A stretch of 64,000 nucleotides of DNA from Marsupella aquatica (GCA_973895155.1 OZ316896.1:1612001-1676000), one strand, 5' to 3'. Numbered from the stretch's first letter, positions 12,304 to 25,823 are shown. The notes: generated from the sequence alone by a model not told the origin. Program-made: numbers and translations.

Positions 12304-12860
12304 GGCCCATCGAATTCAAGGAGACCATTGAGGAAGTGACTGCCTCAATGGAGGCTGCTGGATTTCATCGCTGGCAGTCTAGCGCTCTTTGAAGGAGAAG
12401 CAGGTTGCCTGTGAGGGGGGGGGCTTGGAACTGACACCCAATGGCAATGAGTGCTTAGAGCCATTGAGTCATAGTTGTTGGGTGGTCCTGGTTAGGAGCT
12501 TTGGAATGAATCTGATCCATCCGAGTGTGTCTGTGAGTAAATTGGAGACTGTCCACCATACATGTTGAGGAGATTGATTGGAGTGTAGGGCCTAGCCCCG
12601 ACTGCAGATGGACCAAGCACATAGAGAAGCTACGATCAATGGGACAAGCTTAAACGGGACAAGCTTAAACTGACCATGTGCAGATCCCAATCTCTCTTGT
12701 GCTTACACTGAAACTGGAGTCCATGCATGCAAAGGGTACGACCCTTCCCACCCGAAAGGAGAAAGCTGCAATGGATCTTGAACTTGGCAATGATCACGAG
12801 AAATGGCCGGGATGGGGCAAGGCCCTCGTGGGATTGGTCCAGTGAATGTGGTCTCAACAG
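12304..12860 (+). ncRNA. Conserved structured RNA element (copy 1), probable 5'-UTR exon upstream of the E1 transposase
   Basis: Bounded by ttgcag| and |gtgggc. Shares 10-22-nt invariant blocks and covarying helices with 25315-25823. No conserved ORF. Confidence 0.75.
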
Positions 12861-14858
12861 GTGGGCTGCTTTAGGTTAGTCTTTGTTAGAAACCCCATTT
12901 CTGCCACTCCTAGCTTGCTGGTCTGTCTGAGATGTTTAAATAACTTACTTCGGTGATTTCTAATCGAAATCATCATAGTTTTTGAGTCGACGTTCATGCT
13001 CCTTTTGTCTTCTGAAATGTTTGCAGGCCTGTGGGAGGTGGATGTAGAGTCGTTAGAGTGTTTCACAACATGCCCTCTGCCACTGTATTTCAAGTAGACT
13101 CTGAGTCTGGAGAACGAAAACCGGTGTCCTCATATAGTTATAGGAAAGGGGAAACCTTCGCAGATGCCAGACAGAAGTTGGCGGCTCACTTTGATTTTGA
13201 GTTCCAATTCATAGATGTCAATCTATCTAGTAGGATGCGTGAGTCATGGGAGGTAGTATATTCCTTAGAGGATTGTGGGGGAAAAGTGATCATCATCCCC
13301 AAAAACCCTAGGGATGCTGCAAACTTGCTTGTCCAAAGTAAGGCGGTTATGTCGCAACAAGTCCTTGGAAGCAGCAATGCCTCCAATGGGCCTGATATCA
13401 CAATAAGTGATGATCGTGCTCGGGATCGTGCTGGTTCTCCCATACTGGAAGAACCCCCACTTGAACAGTCAACACCAGACTGTGCTGGCCCATTGGAGGA
13501 AGCCCAAGAGGAAGTTGACCCCCAGGTCACTTTGGGGTCGGAGTTAATGACCAATGAATTAAAGAGGACGTGGTCTTCATGTGTAGAAAAGTTTAAGGAT
13601 CATATGGAGTCAATACAATGCGCTCACCACAAGTGGAGGGTGAAAACCTGGGACAAAGACAATGTGCCATGCAGACACATTGAATGTTGCGAGTGTGACA
13701 CTTGCCATGATGGGTCAGCAAAGGGATTGATGGATAAGACATCCATCAATAATGCCTTCACCAACTTCAAAAAGAAGCATCTGATTTCATCAAAGCATGC
13801 CGCTCGTGTGGCATCTAATAGGGGTGAGAGGCTGCACTCTAAGGAGGTTGCACGGAGGGCTCAAGCAAATACATTGACTGATCGAGCCATACTTCAGTAG
13901 CACCTAAAGATTTTGCAAAAGGTTAATGAGTCTCAGACTGTCGGGAGAGAGACTTTTACAGTTTTAGGTGATGTGGAGAAGGAACCCTTGGAGTTACACA
14001 AATTCAAACTTTTGTGCAATTTATGTTCAGAGCACCTTGTGCTCATTCCAAAACAACGGAATTTGGAGCCCAATCTTGAAAGTCATTGCAATAGCATCAG
14101 TCATCTAAATTATGTTGCAAGGAGTCAAATGCCTGCTAGAGGAGATCCTGTTCTGTCAGGACGGCCTGGAAGACCTCGCCAAGTGGATGCAAGGGATGTC
14201 AAACAAAGGACCATCCAAGGCTTTTTAACTCAAACTGAGGCCGAGTGGAGGGCCGTCTTGCAGTTCCTCTCGAATGTCTGCTGAAGAAGAAAGAGGTGGG
14301 CACTTATCTCTGCTGTGTTGGGGTCTTTGGCGTGATGCGGTCCAATATGGTTCAGAAACCAGGCCTATTAAGGGAATCTTAAACGACCAACTTAAAGTTG
14401 AGGGACTTTGGTTTGCAGAGCCCTTGGTCGTAGAAGATGTGTTCTGTGTAACTGGGCAGGAAACTTATCACATTGAGGGTCTCTTTAGGCACAAGCATTG
14501 CAGTAGATTATCAAAACTTGGGGGTGGCTTTAAAGACTTGACATGTGAACATTGTTTTAGTATAAAAGGGGAACCCGACTTTAGGCTCAGGGTGGCTAGA
14601 GAATTCAAAGCCTCTAAGAAAAGAGGAAGCAGGGGGACTGGGAAGGGTCGTAGGTTAGATTACCTCACGGTTCCCGAGGTCCAGCAACAAGAAAAGTGTT
14701 ATAGGAATCGAGTTCTGAGAGAACGAAAGCTACAGAGAATCCTTAGTCATAGATTACTGATGGCTAAGGCCCGTGTCCCACCCATTGGGGAAGTCTGCCT
14801 TAATTACCAGGAACCAAATAAGGCCACAGTGCTGAAGTTTTGTCAATCCATAGTCTTG

Positions 14859-17800
14859 TGTGACACGGGTAACGTGTCACTTAACCGAACCCAGGTCGTA
14901 GATTAGGTCTTATACGGACGTTAGGACCGTAGCCGTAGCGTAGAATAGCACGTATAGCCGTTTGTTGCCATTATGAATAGATTAGGAGTAGGTTAAGATG
15001 ACCGAATGATTACGAGTTCAGGAAGAGGATTATTACGCGCGACCGAGGTACGGTGGCGGTAGCGGAGTAAAAATCAGTTAGAAGAATCACGCTTGGACCG
15101 AGGCGCCAACTTTAGCTCATTATCAATGACCAAAATGGCCTGGCCTTCTCATGCTCGGGCTCATCCTGGCACCTCCATAAGAGAGGAGCCGATGGCGCTG
15201 CGGGCCATTTGCTCATTTCCACCTTTTTGGAATTCGCGGACATTGCCATCCACTCGCCTTTCCGATCGAATCAAGTTGACCTTTACAAGGAGATTATCGA
15301 GGGATAAGAGCGGAATGTGGCGAGATTTAGTCAGGACGAGCGAGGCCTCCACGAGAAAAAGGACCAATCGAGTGGGAACGTGGACTCAACGAACCGGACT
15401 ACGAGGTTAGTATGACCCTTACAGCCTTGGGATTCTAGACCTTGTTTGGCGAGGTAGGTGCTAAGTTCTCCGAGACTTACTGGTACTCTTGTCCCGAGAA
15501 AGCCGCTTACGAACAAAGATACGCAAAGCTGGTGACCAAGGTAGCACTGGTTAATTGCGAAAGGACAGCCATCACCAGGGATTCCAGCTACAACAAGCTG
15601 TGAGACTACATCATCGAACTATATCTCAGCGAGGAAGGGCTTAGATCAGTAGCAAAGGCGATTCTTGAAGTCCCAACGAAGTTCTTTAAGCTGAAGGGCA
15701 GCCAGCGGCTTACTCAAGCGGAGTTCGACAAGATTCCGGGGTACCTAGACCAGCAGATCGCAGCCGAAAAGCGTCAAGAAGACATCAGCAGACAACGGGA
15801 AGCGGCGCGTAATCTTACGTTCCTCGGGGAAAGCTCCAACGCCTTCAACTGGGATATGGCTACCCCGATACCACCAGTGCCTCAGCCGATGACCACCGGC
15901 ATACCATCGAACCGGTCCCAAGTCCGTCCAATGATCAACACAGTGTTCTTCGGGTTCTGAGCGAGTTAGTCCGCAACTCGAACAGCGTTCTCGTAAGCGG
16001 CCAAGGACAACGACGGCCCCCGAATCAACAACGCGAACCAACGCCGCGCCTACACCTGCCCCGACAAACCCCCCGGCCAACCAGACCCGACGGCCCCCGG
16101 ATAACCCAAAGTCCAACTTATTACAGGTAATCCGCGTCCCCGAAGTAGTCTGGATCGCGATCAAGAAACTCGAACACGCGGACTATCTCAAGGAGCATCA
16201 GTTGGAGCAGTTCGCTCACTTGCTATGGAGGCCGTGCGCCGCCGGGCCGAAGGAGATTTGTGAGTTCATCTCCAATTTCGACACTAACGCATCGACCACC
16301 AAGGTTTTGGGGTAGGCCTTATCACTCACGGAGCATCGGTTAACGCAAATCTTCCGCCTGCCAACCGGGCCGGTGCCGGTTGAACTCCGAATTTGGGATA
16401 AGGAGTATACACCGCGGTACTTCAAACCCGAGGGTAAGACGGACAACGGATACAAGCAGGGGTCATGCACCAACTTAATCTGCATGGAGCGTCTTAACTT
16501 CATACGGACTACCCTACACATGATTGAGCCACGATCCGAGATTTCCCTCTGCATGATCGTGCAGGTGGAACAGTACAAACGGCGGAATTGGGCCCAATTC
16601 TTCTACCAAAGATTCTCGGGGGAGCTGAAGCGGGCTCAGGGTGGTATGGCTATTGGGGGGAAGACTTACTTGGGCAGTCATATTGCCATTATCCTCGCCT
16701 GGTACAAGGCACGGCGGGAGGCCAGAGGAAAGAATTGGCCACCTCAGCCCCAACTAATGTCACCCCCACCCCAGAGGAGGCAACCCCGAGCGCGCGGACT
16801 ACCATCCCTCGGGCAAACCCCGAGCCGGAAGCCCCGACTAATACCCCGCCACCTCCTCCTATGGAAATTCCGCCGCCCCCTTCCGTCGAGCCTCCGCTAC
16901 CCGCAATACAACCACCCCCAATCCCTCCACCACCTGAAGAAACCTTCCCCTCCCTAGCGTAGACTACGGAGGAGCTCGTTGCCCCGCCCGAGGAACCACC
17001 GGTACCCGAGAGGATGGAGGACTACCAGATCCATCGTGACTTCATTAACCAGCTCAACCTGGAGGTAGCGCGACTCCAGACCGAGGCCGATGAAGCTGCA
17101 AACGAGGCGGAGGAGGCGGTGCGGGACAACAAGGCCTTGTAGGACCGCGTTACCTTGCTCGTCCTCCAGCGGGGAAAACCTGGGCCCACCTATGATCAAG
17201 GCGGCTCGAGGTCTCGCCCCGACAAGGGGACCAGCCCTGGTCCAACCACAGCACACACGTAAGGGGTGGTTAGCAAAGGGTGGAAGCAGGCGCCGCGCGA
17301 GGCAGTTAAGTCAGCGGCATCTTTTGGTTAGGTGTAACGACAGAATGGCTGTTATTAGGCACCGATTAGCGGCAGTAGGAAGAATTAGGGCCGGATCAGC
17401 CAACGTAGGATGGAGTCCATCAACGGACTAGATTTTTGTAAGTAGGCTTGGCCGCTGCCATCCCGGTCGGCACCCTTGTCGTCGATGGTCAACCAGTCAG
17501 TGCGGCACGACCAGTAGTCAGAAGGTAGTTAGTCAGTAGGTAGTATCCCGGAAGGTAGTATCCTCCAGTTCTCTTCCGCAAACTGTAGTATTTAGGCTTC
17601 CCCTTCCGCTATGGAAGGGGGACAAGGCTTAGTTATCTCAGCAGAAGAAAGGTGAGGCACGGGGAGTCCCGGCCTGAGCAGGGTCAGAGCGCACCAAGGA
17701 GTGAGAGCCAGAGTCGAGCTTGTTGGGCAAGTGCGAGGCGGGGCCTCATAGAGACTGGGCATCGACTGCCGTTGGGCCTGCTGACCCCCTTTGAAGTCGA

Positions 17801-18234
17801 GTCAACCATGTAAACTGATGCTTCGCTGAGTAAATGTAGTCTTTTCCCTCTAATGTTTCCGCAAGTAACTGGTGTTGTGAGTATGCTTTGTCTGGGCAAA
17901 GGCACCATTTTAAGGGACGTACCGGGTGCGGACTAATGGTAGGGATTGCCACCCATTGTATGTCACAAGGTTCTGTCGCGTCGATGGCTTGAAAAGCCCC
18001 AAGCCGGGAGTTAGTCCGAGTCACTAACTGAGGGAGGATTCCAGCGGTGGAAAATAAAAGATACCTATGACTAGTATGAATTGCTTAAGTTTTATACCAG
18101 TAAGTATATCGGCTTAGCCCGACTTAGGGCTAATCGGGGCCACTACCTCCTTGCCCGAACCCTCACCCCTACTGGTGGTCGAGGTCGCGCCATGGCACTA
18201 AACTGGATTTAAGGCCCAGGTTCGGGACGCGACA
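14859..18234 (+). mobile_element. Solo LTR (family A, 3376 bp) carrying a decayed ORF
   Basis: TGTGAC...GCGACA termini; 5-bp TSD TCTTG at 14854-14858 and 18235-18239. Removal restores IVL-AHKRGAF. No gag/pol and no internal LTR pair seen. Confidence 0.85.
15314..17273 (+). pseudogene. Decayed homolog of the 884-aa LTR-encoded protein; ends approximate
   Basis: ORF 16373-16957 (EGKTDNGY..ERLNF..LHMIEPRSEI..WAQFF..IGGKTYLGSHIAIILAWY) matches the 884-aa ORF (EGSVDNGF..ERLEF..LHMMEPRGEI..WASYF..IGGKAYFASHIEIILEWY). Confidence 0.8.
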
Positions 18235-21200
18235 TCTTGGCACACAAAAGGGGTGCCTTTGGAGGGAGAGGTGCCGTGTGGGATATGTTGTCAGACATAG
18301 CTTCGAACCTAAACAAAGAGAAGCAGGGTTACCGATATAAGGCAGGAACAAAGCTTCTCTGCCAAACACTCTTTTTGCATGGTGGGAGGCGCGTTGTTGA
18401 TTGTCTTTCCAGTAATGGAATAGGTCCTAGTTTGAACACCCTTCAACGAGATAGGAGAGGGATGGCTGTGTTCCGTGCAGGAATTCATGCGTCTCAATTC
18501 AAGTTCATCGCCAAAGTGTACTCACAATTAAAGGATCGACTTGGCATATGTGGACCGATTCCCTGTTTTATGGTAGAGGATGAGACTGTAGTGAAAAAAA
18601 CCGTGAGGTAATTACTATCTCACTTCATAACCTTTGGGTTGATGTACCTACTGTTGTATATTTGAATATGTACACCAAAAAGGCAGCAACCTAAAAAGTC
18701 CTTCACCTTATGTTTGCAGATGGCTGCCAAAACATGATACTCTTATTGGGTTTTGTGGGAAGAGAACTGAAGGCCACCAATGTGTAGCAGGCTTGGAGGT
18801 GAAGGTGGGAAAGGGAGAACCTGGGTTTACTGCCATCGTCGATTCATTTGAGAATTTCCGTGTAGGGAACCTAGCAAGGTGTATCATGGTCAATCCATTA
18901 GTTGTAGGGCTTCCTCACTTGGCTGTAATGGGCGATATAACATGTAATAAGTTTGATGCCCCTTGGGTCAGGCGCCAGTGGGACAAAGTGGAATCTCTCT
19001 GGACAACTCATTGCTTGGAATCGGTGGGCCCTCTATTGGGACATGCCAGTGATGGGGATTCACGAAGGAGAAAGCTTATGTTGGAGGATTATAGTGGGAG
19101 AGGGATTGAGGGGCCAAGGCAAAACCTGGGTTGGGAAGGTTGGCAGCTGACTCACTCGATTACGACTACTGCCCAGGCCTCTGGAGGCTATGCTGTAGGA
19201 CTCCATGATTAGGATTATATCCATAATGGGAAGAAGCTAGTCAACCCACTTGATTCAAGTGCCAGGATTTTGAAACTAGGAGCAGGTGTTGCAACCATAA
19301 GTCACTTGATACACTTAGAGGAGTTATATGAGGTGGCTCAGCATGGCTTGAACAAAGAGGACAAACGTCGCAGAGATCGGCAGAATTGGGCAAGTGCACA
19401 ATGACTTTGTAGTCGTAAAGTCAGTAATTCTTTGCGGCTGCTACGAGACAGAGCAGATGCTAGGGTTGAGCTTACTCTTGGGATAGAGGTGTACATTAGG
19501 ATATGTGCAGATTATTTGGACATTTTTCTTAACACTCGGCTCAGTTTGCGCGAGAGGATTGTTCTCTGTGGGAAGGTGGGATTCTTTTTCAGGCTTTGGC
19601 GTCTGTGGTGTTTTCATGGGAACCGCTCAGTTGGGGGTAACACACACCCTATCACCTTCACCCATAGTTGTATTCCCATGCAGACATTCCTTGACATTCA
19701 AATGTCAGCGCATTTTGTTGTTCTTTTGATAATCCAATTCAGGGACAAATTCCAAGATCTACCTGTACCCTTGCATTTGACTGGGTCAGATTCTTGTGAG
19801 CAGTTTTTTTCCAAAGTTGGGGGCATGAGGGGCAATGAGCGAAGCTATGACATATCAGAATTGGTGGAATGTGCTACTAATCTGAACCGGTTGGCTGCAA
19901 TGGATTTGACCAAAGGAATTATGGGTGTGGGGAAGAGTCATAAAAAACACTCAACCATTTGGATGGGACTGCACCCAATAGAAGCTGGGGTTGATGCAAT
20001 AGCAGATCAAGAAAATTATACAGGAATCGAAACAAATGCAGAGGTTATCATTGCTTTGCAGGATGGGTTGGTATTGGCCCAGAGTATTGCAACTGAGTGT
20101 CAAATGAACCCTTCCACATCGGCCAGGGACAAGGTGTGGTGGACTTCACCTTGGACGACTGAGGCAAAAGGGGCTAAGTATGATGGATGGTGTGATGTGA
20201 ATGTTGAGTCATTAGTTAATGTGGATGAAGGTTTGGATGATGAACCACCACCATTAGTACAGCCTGTTGTCCCAGTGGAACAGACTCTTGAGGAGATTGC
20301 CATGTTTTTAGATCCAGAGGTAGTGGATGTTGGCGCTGCAATTGACGTTACCATGGATGCAATGCATCCTGACTTGGTGTATGGTGCCCCTAGACAGGAG
20401 TTTAAACCAACAGTATCTTACAAAGACAGGAGTATCTACAAAAGTACCCTGGTGAGCCAATTAGTGGGCAACCCACACCTTAGTAAGGACCGTCTCACTC
20501 GAGTGAAGCAGAGTATCTATTTCAACAATTTAGTGGATAAACCAAATGTGCGTGAAGGATCTCCATCCATGTTTATGACAGTTGGAAGTGACTGTGGAGT
20601 ATTTTTTGTTGATGACACTCCTCAGGGTAGAACCACTCAAAATACAGAGGCCATAGCTCGAGCAATGAAAGGGAAGGGGCATGCCAAGAAGTCAACCGAT
20701 TCTAAAAGGCCTAGAGGTGAAGCTATCACAGTGACTTCAGTTACAGGAGTGAAATATAAGTGGTGGATTGGACGAGTCCAAAGCATCCACAGGAAAGATG
20801 GGAACAAGATAGGAAGATCAAGGGAAGCATTGGATTTGCTTGATAGGCCTGGTACTGAATCCCCTGGGCCCCCAACGTTATTAATAATGGACCGGACGTG
20901 CGAACGGCCGAAGGGTACATTTAAATCAATTCCAGATTAATTTTTATAATCGACTTATAACCAACAAGACCATATTTTATATGACAATCTCTTTATAACT
21001 ATTCCAAGGCATCCAAAATGCCGGCCAAAATAATTTGCTTGAAGGGGGCCAGTAATATGGCATACACACGTCATGATGAGATTGGTCCATGTGGCACGCC
21101 CTGAGTGGAGTTTAGTGTAACAAATACTTGTGGTGAATAGGATGAGTTATGAAAGTATTTGGAGTTTTGAGGGTTTAGGGTGAAAGGTTTTTGGGGGTAC

Positions 21201-21239
21201 ATTTCTAGGGGGTTTTGGGTGTTTGCAGGGCAAAAGTTC

Positions 21240-21430
21240 AGGGGGAGTACTCAATCCCAAGGGAATGAGCCCTGGAATGAGTCAAAGGTCCGGGGCAGGG
21301 GGAGTAAACAATCCCCAAGGGAATGAGTCGAAGGCCCGGGGCAGGGGCCGGGAATACTCAATCCCCAAGGGAACGAGTCGAAGGCCCGGGGTCAAAGTGA
21401 GTCCAAGGGAGTGTCAAAGTCGGGGTCGAA
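21240..21430 (+). repeat. Degenerate ~55-bp tandem repeats in the E2 5' region
   Basis: Repeated GGGAGTACTCAATCCC(C)AAGGGAATGAGTCGAAGGCCCGGGG-like units. Confidence 0.7.
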
Positions 21431-24400
21431 GGGAATTAGGGCTCAGCTTCAAGCCGCCGGATTTCACATAGTGCTACCAAGTCGAGAGGTTCGGTTTAGG
21501 CTGAGGGAAGTGGAGCTTGCAGGTTGGCTACGGACCTTGGATGAAGGAAGCTATGGGGCCTAAATGAAATGTTGCGGGTGGAGGCCGACACTTGATGCTT
21601 GCGAAAGTGGCGTTTGACGCAAAGCGGGACGTTGCAAGGCTGGGAGGCGTGCACTGGCGGGACCGACTGTGGGAGGCACACCTTTTTTGGAGTTTTGTTT
21701 AGGGGTAACTTTCCTTACACTGCCCACTGTTTACGTAGAATGATCATACTTTCCATTGTTTATGCATGCATACACTTTACTAACTATGAAAGCTCGTAAC
21801 CTACTACCAGCTATTGCCCGAGCTACCGTCGATCTGTAAGAAGGGTGAGGCGCGGGTTGAGGTGTTGTTGTGGCTATTGTTGATCTGCGCTTAGTGCCGT
21901 TTGTCTGCTGGAAGCCCGGCCAGCGGGAAGCCCAGGCATCTGAAAGAGGTCCGACTCCCTCTGCTCACTATCTTACTCGGCTCACTACCTTACTCCGCAT
22001 AGTACGTGATTTCAAATATTTTGGTATGCACTGCACTTCCCGCTCCACTTTCGACTATGGTCAACTCCTCTTTGTTTTGAAATTGCGGCTCACAGCAGGG
22101 CTGAAATGTTGCAGAAAATGAAAGGTGGTATGCCTTGGGTGTTGTGGGAAGCGACATTGTCTATGTAAGGTTTGCTACTGTTGCTATTGGAGCGCAGCCC
22201 CGAGTATGCGTGCAACTGCAGACGGTGTCTCAAGTTGTCTGTAGGAGGCCCACAAATCCTAGCATGCTGTAATGCAAAAAGGTCCAAATCAGTGTCTTGC
22301 CTTTTCACCACCCTGCACACCCTCTGCTCATTGTCGTTGTCTATGCAATTTAGTTTTTCATTGTATCCTGAAGCTTTACAAGCTTTCATGTTGAGTCTGG
22401 TCGTGGCGTTTTCCCGGGCGTTTTGGCAATCCCATGTTAATTGAATGTTGGGCCCGACTGTATCTGTTGCCGCTGCCGTTTGGAATTTGTTGGATATGGT
22501 GCTCTCTGCTGATTCCCACATTGTCGTGCTCAGTGCTGTCATCTTGTTAATGTGGGCTATGGCTTACTGATCCGTAAGTCTACTCGCAAGCAATCCAGAT
22601 AATTTTATGTTCTAATGTGTGATAGGAAATGTGCTGTCTCCTCTTTCCTCTTTGCTTGACTTATTCCTTCGCTTTTGATCTTGTCCGTGTATCTCAATCT
22701 TGGGCAGCTATTTTCATTTACATAGTGACTGTAAAGCTTTGCTAGTTGCTTACATTGTAATGGTATTTTGCTCTCCATTACAGTTGTTCTTCTGACTTGT
22801 TTGATGGCATTTGACTGTCCAATACAGCGATGAGCCAGCTGCGTTGAGTTCTTTCAATTTGATCAGCTGTTGGGAGAGCGTTCGGGACGTTGAATTTGAG
22901 CTGGTGGCCTCCGAATTGTTGAGATCAGTCAGTCTTGGGTGAAATCCAGTGTTTGCGTGAAAAGGTCCGTGCTCTTTGCTCTTGACGTCTCTGTTTGACT
23001 TGGACCCTCAATTTGTTTCACGGGGATTGCAGCTTTCGTCTTTCATAGAGTCCAAGTCTTTCTCGATTACATTACTGTGTACTTGTAGATGTCTTCCAAT
23101 CGGAGGTACGCTCTGTGTTTCACAGGGATTACAACTTTCGTCTTTCACAGAATCCAAGTCTTTCTCGATTACAAGGCTTCTTGTTTAATGTGGGTGCCAA
23201 TGCCTGTGCAGTTGTAGATGTGTTTGGTTTTCTAAATGCTAATATTTTTTGTGATTGCAGAGTTTTTTGTTTGGGTGAGCGCTGTCCACCTCAAAAGACT
23301 ACAAGCGATTGCAACAATCAGGTCATTTTCAAACTAATCATTTCTTTTGCACAATGTCATAGTGATTTTCAAATCTATTGGTATATCATTTGCTCTTGTT
23401 CAATCAGAGTAGCAAAGCATGGTGAACTCCTATTTGTTGCTCCATCGTGGCCTGCATCGTGGTTAAATTTGTGCTTCAAATGTGTGCAGAAGTTGTCGCT
23501 CTTGCTGTCCGGGCATTTTACTTGTCAAATGTGCGGCTACTGCTGCGGAAGTCCCTGTGGAAGGTGTCTGCCATAGGCCAGTGGAAGGTGTCTGCTTTTG
23601 GGTAGTTTGCCTCTCAGTTCTCCTTTGTGTCCATTGTACTAGTCCAGGAATAATTGTGGGGTAGAAATGTCGTTGTTTGATCGAGAACCACAATTAAGAA
23701 CTTTGGTATATGAGATGGGAAGCGATGGACGTAGCAAAGCTGAGCTGAGCTGAGAGTAGATAGAACAATTTTGCATCACGGCAAAGCGATGAAGAAGATT
23801 GATCATGGCCAATTTTTCCGATCATGGCTCTAGACAACTGACATGATTTTGTCCAATTCTCACATCCGATGACACAAGCAAACCAGTATTACAGAGTAGT
23901 AAGTGGCTTTGCACTGCACAGTGAGTTGTAAAAAGGGAAGTATCGACCAAAACCCCACTCAAAGATTTAGATGAGGTCATGAATGAGGAGTCGAATACAA
24001 AGCTGAGCTGCTGTGCGCGGCTACCCCGGCGCGTTGAGGAGCTGAGGGATTTCTTGTGTTTTGGGGTTTCGTGTTTTGGTTTTTCTTTGTTGAACGAGAT
24101 TCGGCTTGCAGTCTATGCAATCATATGAGGATTTTGGTGGTCCGGTTTGAAGGTGTAACAATTCTGCCATCTCGTTCTCCTTTTTGGCATTGACTTCAAA
24201 CACAGCTTCTGCTGCTTTGCCTACATTCCCCTTCTCCCTTCCCTTGTTTCCCAAGCCAAGATAGTAATTCACGATTGATCGCAGCTCTAATCCTCATTTC
24301 GGTGTCATATTTTGTGTTGCTGGTTTGTTTACTTTATCTTGTTTGTCCGATACCAAGTTGCAGTACACTTGTGAGATTTTCTGTGTGTCCAATAAGACCT

Positions 24401-25314
24401 TTCTCTTAACCCCTCAATCTCAGCCATTCCATCACTCAACTCCTTTAATCTCATCTGGATCGATCCAAGCGAGAGGCATCAATTTCATGCTCCTCTGCTA
24501 CTTCTGCGCCTTGTTCCTGCTCCTTTCACAGCATTTGTAGGGGCAGGGACTAGATGGATTTTGAGCAATTCGAACAAGCAGCGGATTGCATTATTCAAAT
24601 AACCCATTGAAATATCCTATACAGATTGCAATATTAAAAAACCCACTTCATTTGCTCATTGCAATAGTATTGCGTAACTTTATTTTATCACCGAATGTAG
24701 CAATTCTCTTAGTAGGTCATTACTGAAATGCGGGCTGAAATGGTAACAATTTCAATTGCCCATGATAATTGTGTTGCATTACTATAATGAGACGAAATTG
24801 AATTGCTATTTACTTAATGCCTTTTCTCTTTGCTTCTCACTCTTTGTAGGAGGGAGTGATCATTGAGACTGTATTACTTATGCCCCTATGCCCCACCTCC
24901 AAAAGGAAACATGTCCCACACACTGAGTACGTTGTAAGGTAAGATTTGGGGGATCATTGATGTTCCTGTATATGGCAATGCCTTCCTTTTCCTGGCATTA
25001 CCCTTCTAAATAGTCCCACTGCAAACTATTTTTAAAGATATTCCTTAAACTCATTTTTTGTTGTCATTTACACAGATACTCATACACCTCTGAAGTCAGG
25101 AAGGACAGACGCCCCCAAGTGTTGGGTTCCACCATCACAAGGTATCCAATCAATTTTGCATTTTGTACTATTTCCTTCTGGATTACCGTATCTGTAATGT
25201 CTCCACAGACGCTAATTGACAGGCATTGTGTGTTGCTGAGGTAAGTTTTCAGCTTTTCATTTCCAGGTCCTGTTTGCAATTTCCTTCCCTGCTATTGCAA
25301 GTGTTGGTTTGCAG

Positions 25315-25823
25315 GTTCCTCAAGTTCATTGGGACCCTGGGGAACTAATGCCCCCAGAGGAGACTTGCTGGAAGTGATGACCCAGCAGTCTAGCGCCCCT
25401 TGAATGAGAGAACAGGTTGCCTGGGAGGGGGGGGGGGCCTTGGAGTTGATTGCCAATGGCATTCCTGATTAGAGCCCAAAGTGTTAGGATTTGGTTGGTC
25501 CGGGATTGGCAAAGAATCCAAATTCTTGGGGCATTTAGGGTCGATAGGGACTAAGTCCAAGTACACCGTGTTCGAGTGGAGGGAATTGGAGTGTGGGCAA
25601 CCCGACTGTACATGCTAAGCACACATGAGCATGTTACAGATCCCAATCCCTCTAGTGCTTACATTGACATTGGAATCCTTGTCAGCAAAGGGGCCACCCT
25701 TCCCACCCGAGATTTCTCGGAGAAAACTGACTTGGATCTGTAGAAGCCAATCACCAAGAGCAATGGCCGGGATGGGGCAAGGCTCTCTTGGGGGTTGGTC
25801 CAATGGATGTGGTCTCCCAAGCA
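25315..25823 (+). ncRNA. Conserved structured RNA element (copy 2), probable 5'-UTR exon upstream of the E2 transposase
   Basis: Bounded by ttgcag| and |gtgggc. Perfect stems ACATGCT/AGCATGT, TACAGATCC/GGATCTGTA, CATTGGA/TCCAATG and CCAAGAG/CTCTTGG; covaries with copy 1. Confidence 0.78.

Noticed and set aside
12304-12860. Identification as RNase P/MRP, plant telomerase RNA, SRP RNA, or a group I/II intron
   Set aside because: No GAAAGUC P4 signature, no CTAAACCCT template, no domain V, and CAGTC precedes GACTG, the reverse of group I P7 order. An Rfam search is still needed.
23735-24010. Insertion flanked by a CAAAGCTGAGCTG direct repeat
   Set aside because: The repeat is low-complexity (GCTGA)n, with no poly-A, TIR or ORF to support it.
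25315-25823. RNA as a guide for the element's target site or TIR (CCCTGGG at ~25335; CTGAATC at ~25907)
   Set aside because: Matches are only 7 nt and are not conserved at the equivalent E1 positions; no evidence for RNA-guided targeting is visible.
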